Assembly (NCBI GenBank): GCA_015494465.1
Contig: WGBD01000001.1
Coordinates: 116,477-180,476, forward strand
From: Candidatus Omnitrophota bacterium
Lineage (GTDB): Bacteria; Omnitrophota; Gorgyraeia; S143-82
Direction: 5' to 3'
Length of the DNA: 64,000 bases
Positions 30,312 through 39,067 of this stretch are shown one piece after another. Both the position numbers and the translations under genes were made by a program. A model generated the notes under the pieces. The model searched no databases, was not told the DNA's origin, and saw only the letters and a program-made list of their open reading frames with translations. Positions within the stretch are counted from its first letter, which is position 1; every line of letters begins with the position of its first letter.

Positions 30312-31456
30312 GTATACCTTCTCTCTACCAGTTCCCGCCCCGCCCTTCCCATCTCCTGACGCAGTTGCCCATCTTTCAGGAGAATACACACCCGACGGGC
30401 GAACTCTTCGGGATCGTCCGCGATAACGATGTTTCTGTCTGGAGTGTAATCTATCCCCTCCGCACCCAAGCTGGTGGAGACCACCGCCCTACCGGCAGAC
30501 ATCGCCTCCAGTATCTTCAACCTGCTCCCACCGCCTATCCTCAACGGCACCACCACCACCGCGGAGCGGTAAACGTAATCCCGCACATCCCCCACTGCCC
30601 CGGTGATAACCACATCCTCGCCCTCATACCTGCGCAACCTCGCGGATGGCGAACGGCCTACCACATAGAATCTCACCCCCGGGCACTCCCTTTTTACGAG
30701 GGGCCAGATCTCGGAGAGGAAGTAGAGGACGCCGTCTTCGTTGGGTAGCCAGTCCATAGAACCGACGAATACCAGGTCCCTCTCCTGACCGGTATAGGGC
30801 CGATAGGCCCAGAAGTCCCCGTCCACGCCGTTGGGCACCACCTTGACCCTTTCCGGAGACAGTCCCATTTGCAAAAACAGGTCCCTGTCCTCCTCGGAGA
30901 CCGTCCACACCTCGTTCATCTCCCTGCTAATGTTCGCCTCCCACCTGCGCAAGAGATTCGCGTGATGTCCTGCAATAGCAGAAAGGGGCCAGACTAACTC
31001 CTCACCCGCCCGGGCGGATATCACCCATTCCACATTGTGGGCGTCCATACGCAAGAGCGCTCTGTTGGAGAGATCCTTCAAGAGCAAACCGTACTGGGCG
31101 GTGTGGAGGTGATCGAAGTGGATCACCTCGGGAGCAAACTCGTCTAGGAGAGAAAGTAATCGCCTCAGGAGCGGACCCAGACGATACTTGCCCAGCACGA
31201 AGGGGTAACCCAGCGCGAATGACAGGATGCCCTTCAGGGTGGCAGTTGGCCCCACCTTTACCGCCTCCGTTCTGGCTAGACGGAGTTCCTCTTTGAGACG
31301 GAGGAGATCAGCGGTGTCCTCGGGGGAAAAACACAGAGAAAGTACGGCGGTTTCCCCTCTCTGGGATATCAAACGAAGCAGGTGATAGGTGCGAATCTTC
31401 CCCCCGGTATCTAAGGGATAAGGGGGACGAGGCGTCACGACCAAAGTGCGAGGCAT
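30293..31456 (-). CDS. GT4 family glycosyltransferase (resembles PEP-CTERM/exosortase-associated sugar transferases)
   Basis: PYPLDTGGKIR, DAHNVE, FVGSMDWLPNEDG, PLRIGGGSRLKILEAM. Confidence 0.88.
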   Translation of the reverse strand: MPRTLVVTPRPPYPLDTGGKIRTYHLLRLISQRGETAVLSLCFSPEDTADLLRLKEELRLARTEAVKVGPTATLKGILSFALGYPFVLGKYRLGPLLRRLLSLLDEFAPEVIHFDHLHTAQYGLLLKDLSNRALLRMDAHNVEWVISARAGEELVWPLSAIAGHHANLLRRWEANISREMNEVWTVSEEDRDLFLQMGLSPERVKVVPNGVDGDFWAYRPYTGQERDLVFVGSMDWLPNEDGVLYFLSEIWPLVKRECPGVRFYVVGRSPSARLRRYEGEDVVITGAVGDVRDYVYRSAVVVVPLRIGGGSRLKILEAMSAGRAVVSTSLGAEGIDYTPDRNIVIADDPEEFARRVCILLKDGQLRQEMGRAGRELVERRYTWRIPD

Positions 31457-31459
31457 AAC

Positions 31460-33436
31460 CTAAAACCAGATCCTCCCCACCTGATACACCAACACGCTCA
31501 ATATCCAGCCCACCGCTATCGTGTATAGCGTAGAGATAACGGCCCAGCGCCAGCCCAACTCCTTTTTAATCACTGCAATAGTGGCCACGCAGGGGATGTA
31601 GAGGAGGGTCATAACCAAAAAAGACAGCGCGGATAGTCGAGAGAAGTAGAAGGGCAGGACGGTCCTCAGAGCACTCTCCTTCCCGCCTGACAGAAGCGTC
31701 CCCAAGGTGCCCACCACGACCTCCTTGGCCACCACGCCGAACACCAGTGCCACCGCTGCCTGCCAGAAGCCAAACCCCGCCGGGGAAAACACCGGGGCCA
31801 TCGCAGTCCCCATCCTGCCCAGAAGGGAATCCTTGGCACCGTACTCCACCCCCGGCGGAAGGGACGCCAGGAGCCACACCAGTATCACCGCTGCCAATAT
31901 CACCGTCCAGGCCTTGCGTATGAACTCGTAGGTCCTTATCCATGAGAACTTGAGCACCACCCGGGCCGATGGGACCCTGTAAGGTGGCATCTCCATTATG
32001 AGGAGGCTATCCTGGCCCTTGAACAGGATACGGTTCAGGACCATCGCGGATACCACTCCCACCCCGATTCCCAGGAGATAGAGGCCAAAGACCACCAGAT
32101 TCTCCTTCCCCGGGAAGAAGACCGAGGCAAAGAGGACATACACCGGCAGACGGGCAGAGCAACTCATAAACGGTATTATAAGGGTGGTGATTATCCTGTC
32201 CTTCTCGTTGGACAGGGTGCGGGTGGCCATAATCGCAGGGACATTGCAACCAAATCCTATGAGCATCGGGATAAAGGACTTTCCGTGCAGACCCAAGCGG
32301 TGCATAAACTTGTCCATTATAAACGCAGCCCGGGCAAGGTAGCCCGAGTCCTCCAGCACCGAGATGAAGAGATTCAGGAAGAATATGTTGGGCACGAATA
32401 CGAGTATGGATCCTACCCCGTCCAGCACCCCATCGGTCAGGAAGGAGACCAACAACTCCGGTGCACCCAAAGAGGAGAGGAATACCCCGAGCCAACCGCT
32501 CAGGGCGGACATAGCGGATTCTATTGCGTCCACGAACGGCTGAGCCACTTTGAACACACCGGTGAACACCCCGTACATAACCAAAAGGAACAACGGTATC
32601 CCGACGATGCGATTGGTGATGACCCTATCTACATACTCGGTAAAGGCCAGTCTCTGATTGAGGTCCACCACCCTGCGCAGGGACTCCCTCAACAACGCCT
32701 TGATAAACCCATACCTGCGTTCTGCTATGAAGACCGCCAGGTTGTGGGAATACTCCCCACGCAGGTCCTCCCGCGCCCTTGCAAGGTGCTCCCGCACCTC
32801 AGGGGAAAGCATTGCAATAGCGTCCTCCTCCCCCTCCAGGAAGGCCAAGGCCAAGAACCGATTGAGGCCCATCCGCTCGGCCTCTTGGAGAAAGGACTCC
32901 ACCTCCGGCCCGTAATCAACCCGCAGTAGCCCCACAGAAGGATGCGCCTCCAGGCAGACCGCTATGGCCCTCTTCAGGTCATCTATGCCCTTGCCCTGAT
33001 TGCCCACCGTCTTGACGACCCCGCAGGCACCGACTATCCGGGCAAAGACCCTCTCGTCCAGATCCGCGCCCAACTTCTCCATCTCGTCCCACATGTTCAG
33101 GGCCACCACCACCGGCAGGCCCATCTCCCTTATCTGGACCAGGAGGTAGAGGTTCCGCTCGAGGTTGGAGGCGTCTATGACCACGACGACGAGGTCGACC
33201 TCCTCCTTCAAGAGAAAGTCCCGGGCAATCTTTTCGTCTAAAGAGAAGGCGCTCAGTCCGTATATACCCGGCAGGTCCACGAGGCGGACCTTCTCCTCCC
33301 CCACCAGAAAGGTCCCTTCCACCAACTCCACCGTGGTGCCGGGCCAGTTCCCGACCTGCTCCTCCCCGCCGGTTAGGGCATTGAAGATGGTGGTCTTGCC
33401 TGCATTGGGATTGCCTGCCAGTACGACCGTCTTCAT
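31460..33436 (-). CDS. feoB: ferrous iron transporter B
   Basis: GNPNAGKTT, VGNWPGTTVE, DLPG, NMWD, GFGCNVPA, PFMSCSAR, LYIPC. Confidence 0.95.
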   Translation of the reverse strand: MKTVVLAGNPNAGKTTIFNALTGGEEQVGNWPGTTVELVEGTFLVGEEKVRLVDLPGIYGLSAFSLDEKIARDFLLKEEVDLVVVVIDASNLERNLYLLVQIREMGLPVVVALNMWDEMEKLGADLDERVFARIVGACGVVKTVGNQGKGIDDLKRAIAVCLEAHPSVGLLRVDYGPEVESFLQEAERMGLNRFLALAFLEGEEDAIAMLSPEVREHLARAREDLRGEYSHNLAVFIAERRYGFIKALLRESLRRVVDLNQRLAFTEYVDRVITNRIVGIPLFLLVMYGVFTGVFKVAQPFVDAIESAMSALSGWLGVFLSSLGAPELLVSFLTDGVLDGVGSILVFVPNIFFLNLFISVLEDSGYLARAAFIMDKFMHRLGLHGKSFIPMLIGFGCNVPAIMATRTLSNEKDRIITTLIIPFMSCSARLPVYVLFASVFFPGKENLVVFGLYLLGIGVGVVSAMVLNRILFKGQDSLLIMEMPPYRVPSARVVLKFSWIRTYEFIRKAWTVILAAVILVWLLASLPPGVEYGAKDSLLGRMGTAMAPVFSPAGFGFWQAAVALVFGVVAKEVVVGTLGTLLSGGKESALRTVLPFYFSRLSALSFLVMTLLYIPCVATIAVIKKELGWRWAVISTLYTIAVGWILSVLVYQVGRIWF

Positions 33437-33452
33437 GTCTAACTCCCTGCTC

Positions 33453-33479
33453 AAGTTAGGGTATTGACCTTAAATTATA
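33453..33479 (-). promoter_or_regulatory. feoB -10 element overlapped by a palindromic operator
   Basis: TATAAT (33474-33479, - strand) and AAGTTAGGGT-attg-ACCTTAAATT (8/10 symmetric). Confidence 0.55.
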
Positions 33480-33509
33480 AGCCCATCCGGGCATCTTCAC
33501 CACCGGATT

Positions 33510-35219
33510 TTAGGAATAGACCTCGACCGTGGTTATGGCGTTGTGGCGCTTGCGGAATCGGAGAACACGCTCTAAGAGTTCCCTGCGCAAAGAGGGCTCT
33601 CCCTTCCCCATCTGCAGGTCGAGGTTCCAGTAGTACTGGTCGCGCTTCTTCTTCTCCACCGGCTGATAGGGGCCGTAGACCTGACAGGTGCTTCCGGGGT
33701 GGGCCTTTATGAGGTCTGCTATTTCCTCGTGCAGGCGCCGGGCCTTCTCCAGTGCCTCGGAGGAACGCGGAGCCCTTATGGAGATGCAGACCAACTCCCC
33801 ATAAGGTGGCAGGTTTGCCTTGCGGAGGGTCTCGTCGTAGCGCTTTAGATAGGACTCCACATTCGCTATCTCGGGGAATCTCGTCCGGACATACAGGCGT
33901 CGACAGTGATGGCTGGCGGAGGCAATAAAGTCCACCGCAAGTCTCGGAGAATAGAACTTGTCCACACCCAGGACATTGTCCACGCCCAGGAGTAACCCGA
34001 TGTCGTACCTGCCCTCTACCCCCTGCCAGTGGCGGAGGACATCAACCGTCTCCATCAGTCTTTTGCGGATTACCTGTTCCCAGCGCTCCACCCCCATAGA
34101 CGAGATGCGCACCGACAGGGACCCGCACCTCAGACACTTGCCGTCCCAAACGACAGTGCCATTGCATCCCGGACAGAACAGCCGATCCCCACCATCCCTA
34201 CGGATCAGCATGTAAGGACGGTCGCAGCGCTCACACCTCAGGACCTCCTTGCAGGCAGAACAGCGCAACAATTTGGCATATCCCTTGCCGAGTAGGAATA
34301 TTGCGCACCTTCCCCCAGTTGCGCTGACCTTCTTCATCTCCTCCTCGACGAAAGCAGGTATCAGGGGATGGGAGCGCGCATCCACACCTACGATCTCGCA
34401 GTCAGGACTCGGAGATACCCTGTGAAAGCAGAACTCTCCCGCGGAGTGCCTTGCCCTTATCTCCATCGCCTTTATCAGACTATACTTCGGCGTAACCTCC
34501 TGCCTGTGGATGTCCAGGTAGGCCAGTTCCACCAAGACCAATTCCGGGGAGAGGATAGGCCAGAAGGCCAACTGGCGGGTACCTATCAATATGGCAGGGG
34601 CACGACTCAGCCCCTCAATGATACGCCTCAAGACCGACTTTCCTATCCCCTGATAAAACACGAAGACCTCTTTATCGGGAAACCTCCCGCTGAGGAGTTT
34701 CTGCAATTCCCAGGCCCGTTCCTTGTTATCGGTTATCCAGAGGACCTGACGCCAGTCTTTTTTGGAGATCCTTTCTATCCCCTGTTCCCTGAAGTGGACC
34801 AAAGATCCGGAGACGGACCGGACGATGGCCCTGCCTCCGCCTCCCCGGGCATCGTCGGGTATAAATCGATCCCACCTGCCCGACCTCAACTCCTTGGGCA
34901 GGCCCGCGACCGCCATCTCCCCCGGACCAACCCAAAAGGCATCCGCACACTCCTTCAGATAGGCGATGTCCCGCTCCGAATACCACCTTCCCCCCTCGTC
35001 GAGTAGGCGGAGCACATCTCTGGTCCTTCCCCTCCACTCCCCACCCAACCTATCCACGATGCCCAGGACCCGCCTCTTCCCAAAAGGCACCCAGATCCTG
35101 TTGCCCGTCCGGAGAGGCAGGTGGCTCACATAGTCAAAGACGGTGTTTAGGGGTACATCTATCAGAGCGGTGATATGGACGGGAAGGTCGTTGGCCTCAG
35201 ATAGTTCCCCACCAGCCAT
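33510..35219 (-). CDS. priA: primosomal protein N' (PriA)-like, helicase motifs degenerate
   Basis: FDY...VPFGKR..LGIV N-terminal domain, four CxxC pairs, LPPY C-terminal domain; no GxTGSGKT or DEEH. Confidence 0.75.
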   Translation of the reverse strand: MAGGELSEANDLPVHITALIDVPLNTVFDYVSHLPLRTGNRIWVPFGKRRVLGIVDRLGGEWRGRTRDVLRLLDEGGRWYSERDIAYLKECADAFWVGPGEMAVAGLPKELRSGRWDRFIPDDARGGGGRAIVRSVSGSLVHFREQGIERISKKDWRQVLWITDNKERAWELQKLLSGRFPDKEVFVFYQGIGKSVLRRIIEGLSRAPAILIGTRQLAFWPILSPELVLVELAYLDIHRQEVTPKYSLIKAMEIRARHSAGEFCFHRVSPSPDCEIVGVDARSHPLIPAFVEEEMKKVSATGGRCAIFLLGKGYAKLLRCSACKEVLRCERCDRPYMLIRRDGGDRLFCPGCNGTVVWDGKCLRCGSLSVRISSMGVERWEQVIRKRLMETVDVLRHWQGVEGRYDIGLLLGVDNVLGVDKFYSPRLAVDFIASASHHCRRLYVRTRFPEIANVESYLKRYDETLRKANLPPYGELVCISIRAPRSSEALEKARRLHEEIADLIKAHPGSTCQVYGPYQPVEKKKRDQYYWNLDLQMGKGEPSLRRELLERVLRFRKRHNAITTVEVYS

Positions 35220-35508
35220 CGTAGAACTGTTTGAGATGACGATAGGTCTCCTCGTCCCAGACCTGCCTCTTTACATCCTCTTCCCTGAACGAGAAACGAT
35301 AGTTCTCACAGTACTTAAGGAGCAAGTCGTAGGCAAGAGAAAGGCGCTTGTATTCCTCCTCGCAGGTCTCTTTGGACTCCTTGCACTTATCCGGATGGTA
35401 TCTCCGGGCAAGGCGTCGGAAGGCCTGTCTTATCTCCTCTAAGGTGGCAGATTCGCCCAAGCCCAACAGACGCCTTGCCCAGTCTATCTGTTCGTAGTCT
35501 ACCTGCAT
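35197..35508 (-). CDS. small J-domain protein
   Basis: LLGL...AFRRLARRYHPDK. Confidence 0.9.
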   Translation of the reverse strand: MQVDYEQIDWARRLLGLGESATLEEIRQAFRRLARRYHPDKCKESKETCEEEYKRLSLAYDLLLKYCENYRFSFREEDVKRQVWDEETYRHLKQFYDGWWGTI

Positions 35509-35517
35509 CTTACGGGA

Positions 35518-35841
35518 TTACTCTATCCCCCACTGGGCAAGGTGCTGTTTCAGCATCTCCTTGGGCATCGCGCCCACCACCTTGCCCACCGGGCTCCCAC
35601 CCCTGAACAGGATAAGGGTGGGGATGCTCATTATCCCATAACTACTGGCCACTATGGGATTCTCGTCCACATTGACCTTGACCACCTTCAACTTCCCCGC
35701 GTACTCCTGGGCGATCTCCTCCAGGATAGGGGCAATTATCCGGCACGGCCCACACCAAGGGGCCCAGAAGTCCACCAAAACCGGGATCTCAGAATTAAGC
35801 ACCTCCTGAGAGAACTGGGCATCTGTGACCTCGATTGCCAT
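35518..35841 (-). CDS. trxA: thioredoxin
   Basis: [15 protein letters not shown]. Confidence 0.95.
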   Translation of the reverse strand: MAIEVTDAQFSQEVLNSEIPVLVDFWAPWCGPCRIIAPILEEIAQEYAGKLKVVKVNVDENPIVASSYGIMSIPTLILFRGGSPVGKVVGAMPKEMLKQHLAQWGIE

Positions 35842-35868
35842 GTCTTACCTCCTTTACCGATTTTGCCT

Positions 35869-36093
35869 CTAGCTCAATCCACAAGTTCCCCCTGGACAAC
35901 AGGTGGGACAACTACCGCCAAAACTTGTTCCACCATCTAAAGAGGTATTTCCCACTGAAAATGTGCTGAGCAACCTCTCTACATCCTTACTCCCGCATTG
36001 CGGACACACCACTTCTTCCTTGGCAGAGACGCTCTTGTGCAGAAACTCAAACTCCTTATTGCACTTTTTACATCGATACCTGTATATCGGCAT
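35869..36093 (-). CDS. FmdB-family zinc-ribbon protein
   Basis: MPIYRYRCKKC...CPQCGS...SCPTCCPGGTC. Confidence 0.9.
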   Translation of the reverse strand: MPIYRYRCKKCNKEFEFLHKSVSAKEEVVCPQCGSKDVERLLSTFSVGNTSLDGGTSFGGSCPTCCPGGTCGLS

Positions 36094-36099
36094 CCGTCA

Positions 36100-36429
36100 T
36101 CACCTCCTTATACACCGGTTTAAACAATCCATTATATCAAGAACATGCTCATTTTTTATGAAATAATACACATTCCTCCCCTGCCTCACGCTCCCCAACA
36201 CGCCCGCCCTGACCAACTTCCTGAGATAGGCAGACATCACCGCCTGCCTTACGCTCAACGCCTTACAGATTTCTGAGACGGTAAGGCCCCTCTCCTTTCC
36301 CCGCAACAGCTCGACCACCGCCAAGCGGATGGGATTCGCCAAGACCTTCAAGAAGCGCTCCAATTCCCTATACTGCCTTACCCTGTCTAATAGGAACCTA
36401 TTTGGAGTCAGTGCTGGATTGCGTCTCAT
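36100..36429 (-). CDS. ArsR/SmtB family transcriptional regulator
   Basis: LKVLANPIRL, TVSEI, QAVMSAYLRKL, RQGRNVYY. Confidence 0.88.
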   Translation of the reverse strand: MRRNPALTPNRFLLDRVRQYRELERFLKVLANPIRLAVVELLRGKERGLTVSEICKALSVRQAVMSAYLRKLVRAGVLGSVRQGRNVYYFIKNEHVLDIMDCLNRCIRR

Positions 36430-38941
36430 CTATCTTACACCTGGCAGACCTGCAGATCCCCAACCTACCCATCGCAGGGCACATACTCATCATCACCGCT
36501 ACCACGAGTATGCTTAGGTAAATGGTCTTGGACCAGCCAACCGCAGTGTATCCCGCGAGGACATAGGCAATGGAAAACCCTACCGAAAGGGCAATGAGGA
36601 AACAGTACCTCGGATCGCAGACCAGACCGCCCATTATCTCCTCAAATATCACCCTCGGCACCAGAGAGATTATCGCAGGCAACAGCACCAAGGTTATCAC
36701 ACTTGAGGCAGCCATTATAGTGAACATAAAGAACCCAACCGTTTTATAGGGCACTAACGGGGCTGCCAACAGAGGTAAGAAGCCAATGGCTATCACCAAG
36801 GCATTCTTCACTATGGCCCGGGCGGGAGAGCCGAACATCTCGTCAAGGGTCTGACGCCAATTCCCTATACGGTGATAACTTGCCCTTGCCCGCTGGATAA
36901 AGTGAATCGCGAAGTCTATGGAAAGGCCCAAGGTAAGGGCGGAAAGGACCGCTACCGGCATGTCGTATTCCTTGCCAATCCATCCCAAGAGGCCGTAGAT
37001 AAACACGATGGTGATGGTGAGCGGAACCATAGAGATCCAAGCCCTTATCGGCGAACGGAACAGGAACATCATCATAAACAGGACGATGAAGAAACTGCCC
37101 AGGAAGTTCTTGAGCATACCTATCACCATCTTGTTCTGCCAGATCATGTTGATGTAGGTCAGGCCCGCCCAATTCGCCTTCATCTCAACCGGAGGCTTGT
37201 GCTCGGACATAAATCGGTCCACTGCCTTAACCACCGCTTCCATGTCCTTGTTGTCACCCCGCTTCAGCTGGATCCAGACATTAAGCTTCTTGTAATCCGG
37301 GGTGGCGAAGTGCCACAGGTCGTCGGGCTTGTGAGAGTTCTCGAAGGAGATAAGGCACTGGGCCACCGCCCTTGAGGTGGAAGGTATGCGGTAATAGGAC
37401 CTGTCTCCACCCAGCAACTCCATGTATATCTTCTTTACGATGTCCGCTAGAGAGGAACTCTTTCCAACCACCCCTTTTTCTTTTAGATAATCCTGCAGAG
37501 ATTCCACATACCTCAGCAGTTCCGGGGACTTGAACGCCCCTTCCCTGCCCGTATCCAGAACCAGATAGGCAGCGTAGGTGCCCGCAAAGTGCCTGTTTAG
37601 GACCTCATCCGCAATCCTTATCTCGTGCTTCTTTGTGAACCACTTGACCGGGTTGTCGTTCACCTCTATCTTGAGGATCCCTATGATCGAGAATACCACC
37701 AGCACCCCCGCCAAGAAGATGATGAGCTTGTTGTAGTTCATCGTAAAGTGGCCCAAGGCCTTCAGGAATCCCCGGGCGGACTCTCCCCCTCTGGCCCCGA
37801 AATTCACGAACCTCTTCTCCGGCATGAGGGCTATGTAAGCAGGGATAAAGGTGATCGTGAGGACCCAGGCGATCATCACACCTATCGCCACGAAGACCCC
37901 AAAGACCTGTACCGGAGGGATGGGGGAAAACGACAAAGAAAAGAAACCAACCGCGGATGTGAGGGAGGTGTACAGCATCGGCACGAATAACTCGTCCATT
38001 ACCTCGAGGACCGTTTGTTTCTTATCCCTTATGTGCCTGTACTTGTCAAAGAACTCGCTGAGTATGTGTACCGAATCCAAGACCGCTATGGGCATGAGAA
38101 ATACCGGTATCATAGAACTCATTATGTGCACCGGGAAGCCCAATCCGATAAGCAGACCCATGGTTATCAACACCGTAAATATGGCCATTATCATCGGAGA
38201 GAGGATCAACTGCAGACTGCGGAAGAAGATGAACATAAGGGTGAATATCACCAGGGCCGCCAGCGGTGCGGAGATCGCCATCTGCCGGAACATCTCCACA
38301 CCAAAGGTGTCCTCTGCCACCGGCAGGCCGGTGATGTAGTACTTCTCATCGCCCGGATACTTGCTTATTATCTTCTTTATCTCCTGTGAAACCCGATAAC
38401 TTATGTTCTTGGCCTTGATGGGCACATATATGCACAGGGCCTTGCCGTCTTCGGAGACCATCGTCCCCTTGAATAAGGGGTTATCCATGGCCTCGTCCCG
38501 GATGCGCAGGGCCTCTTTTTCGGTCTTTATTGGCCCCTTCATAAGCCATTCAAAGACCACCTCTCCGATCCCGCCCTGACGGATGTTGTCTTTGGTCGAG
38601 GGGGCAATTATCTCCCTGCGTATCACCCCGTCTATCTTCTTTATCCCTTCGGTAATGTGATAGATCTTGTTTAGTGTATCCACATTGAACACGCCGTTGG
38701 GGTGCTTGTCGTTGACGATACCCAATACGATGAAGTCGTATATGTTGAATTCCTTTTTGACCTTGTGATGGAATACCCGGGCGGGCTCGTCGGACCGGAG
38801 CATGTTTTCCGGATCCGTATCCACCTTTATCTTGGGATACTGGATTACAGCCAAGACAGTGGCAAGCAAAACCGCTCCTATAATCGCCCACGGCCTGGAC
38901 ATGGAGAAGACGATCCACTTCCTAAAGACCCGCTCGTACAT
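36398..38941 (-). CDS. MMPL/RND-family transporter
   Basis: DTDPENML, TGLPV, IAVLDSVH, GLSIDFAIH; two RND repeats. Confidence 0.9.
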   Translation of the reverse strand: MYERVFRKWIVFSMSRPWAIIGAVLLATVLAVIQYPKIKVDTDPENMLRSDEPARVFHHKVKKEFNIYDFIVLGIVNDKHPNGVFNVDTLNKIYHITEGIKKIDGVIRREIIAPSTKDNIRQGGIGEVVFEWLMKGPIKTEKEALRIRDEAMDNPLFKGTMVSEDGKALCIYVPIKAKNISYRVSQEIKKIISKYPGDEKYYITGLPVAEDTFGVEMFRQMAISAPLAALVIFTLMFIFFRSLQLILSPMIMAIFTVLITMGLLIGLGFPVHIMSSMIPVFLMPIAVLDSVHILSEFFDKYRHIRDKKQTVLEVMDELFVPMLYTSLTSAVGFFSLSFSPIPPVQVFGVFVAIGVMIAWVLTITFIPAYIALMPEKRFVNFGARGGESARGFLKALGHFTMNYNKLIIFLAGVLVVFSIIGILKIEVNDNPVKWFTKKHEIRIADEVLNRHFAGTYAAYLVLDTGREGAFKSPELLRYVESLQDYLKEKGVVGKSSSLADIVKKIYMELLGGDRSYYRIPSTSRAVAQCLISFENSHKPDDLWHFATPDYKKLNVWIQLKRGDNKDMEAVVKAVDRFMSEHKPPVEMKANWAGLTYINMIWQNKMVIGMLKNFLGSFFIVLFMMMFLFRSPIRAWISMVPLTITIVFIYGLLGWIGKEYDMPVAVLSALTLGLSIDFAIHFIQRARASYHRIGNWRQTLDEMFGSPARAIVKNALVIAIGFLPLLAAPLVPYKTVGFFMFTIMAASSVITLVLLPAIISLVPRVIFEEIMGGLVCDPRYCFLIALSVGFSIAYVLAGYTAVGWSKTIYLSILVVAVMMSMCPAMGRLGICRSARCKIDETQSSTDSK

Positions 38942-38984
38942 AGCAACCTCCCTCTTCTTTTCTCAACCAAAACATATTGGAATT

Positions 38985-39012
38985 AATATATATCAAAATT
39001 GGAATATGTCAA
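38985..39012 (-). promoter_or_regulatory. promoter of the MMPL-ArsR operon with an ArsR-like operator
   Basis: TTGACA-16 nt-TATATT overlapped by ATAT-tc-CAA-tt-TTG-at-ATAT (38988-39007). Confidence 0.6.
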
Positions 39013-39067
39013 GCCTAACACCAAGATTGTGCTATAATTTACCCAGAATCATTAAACAGACAAGATC

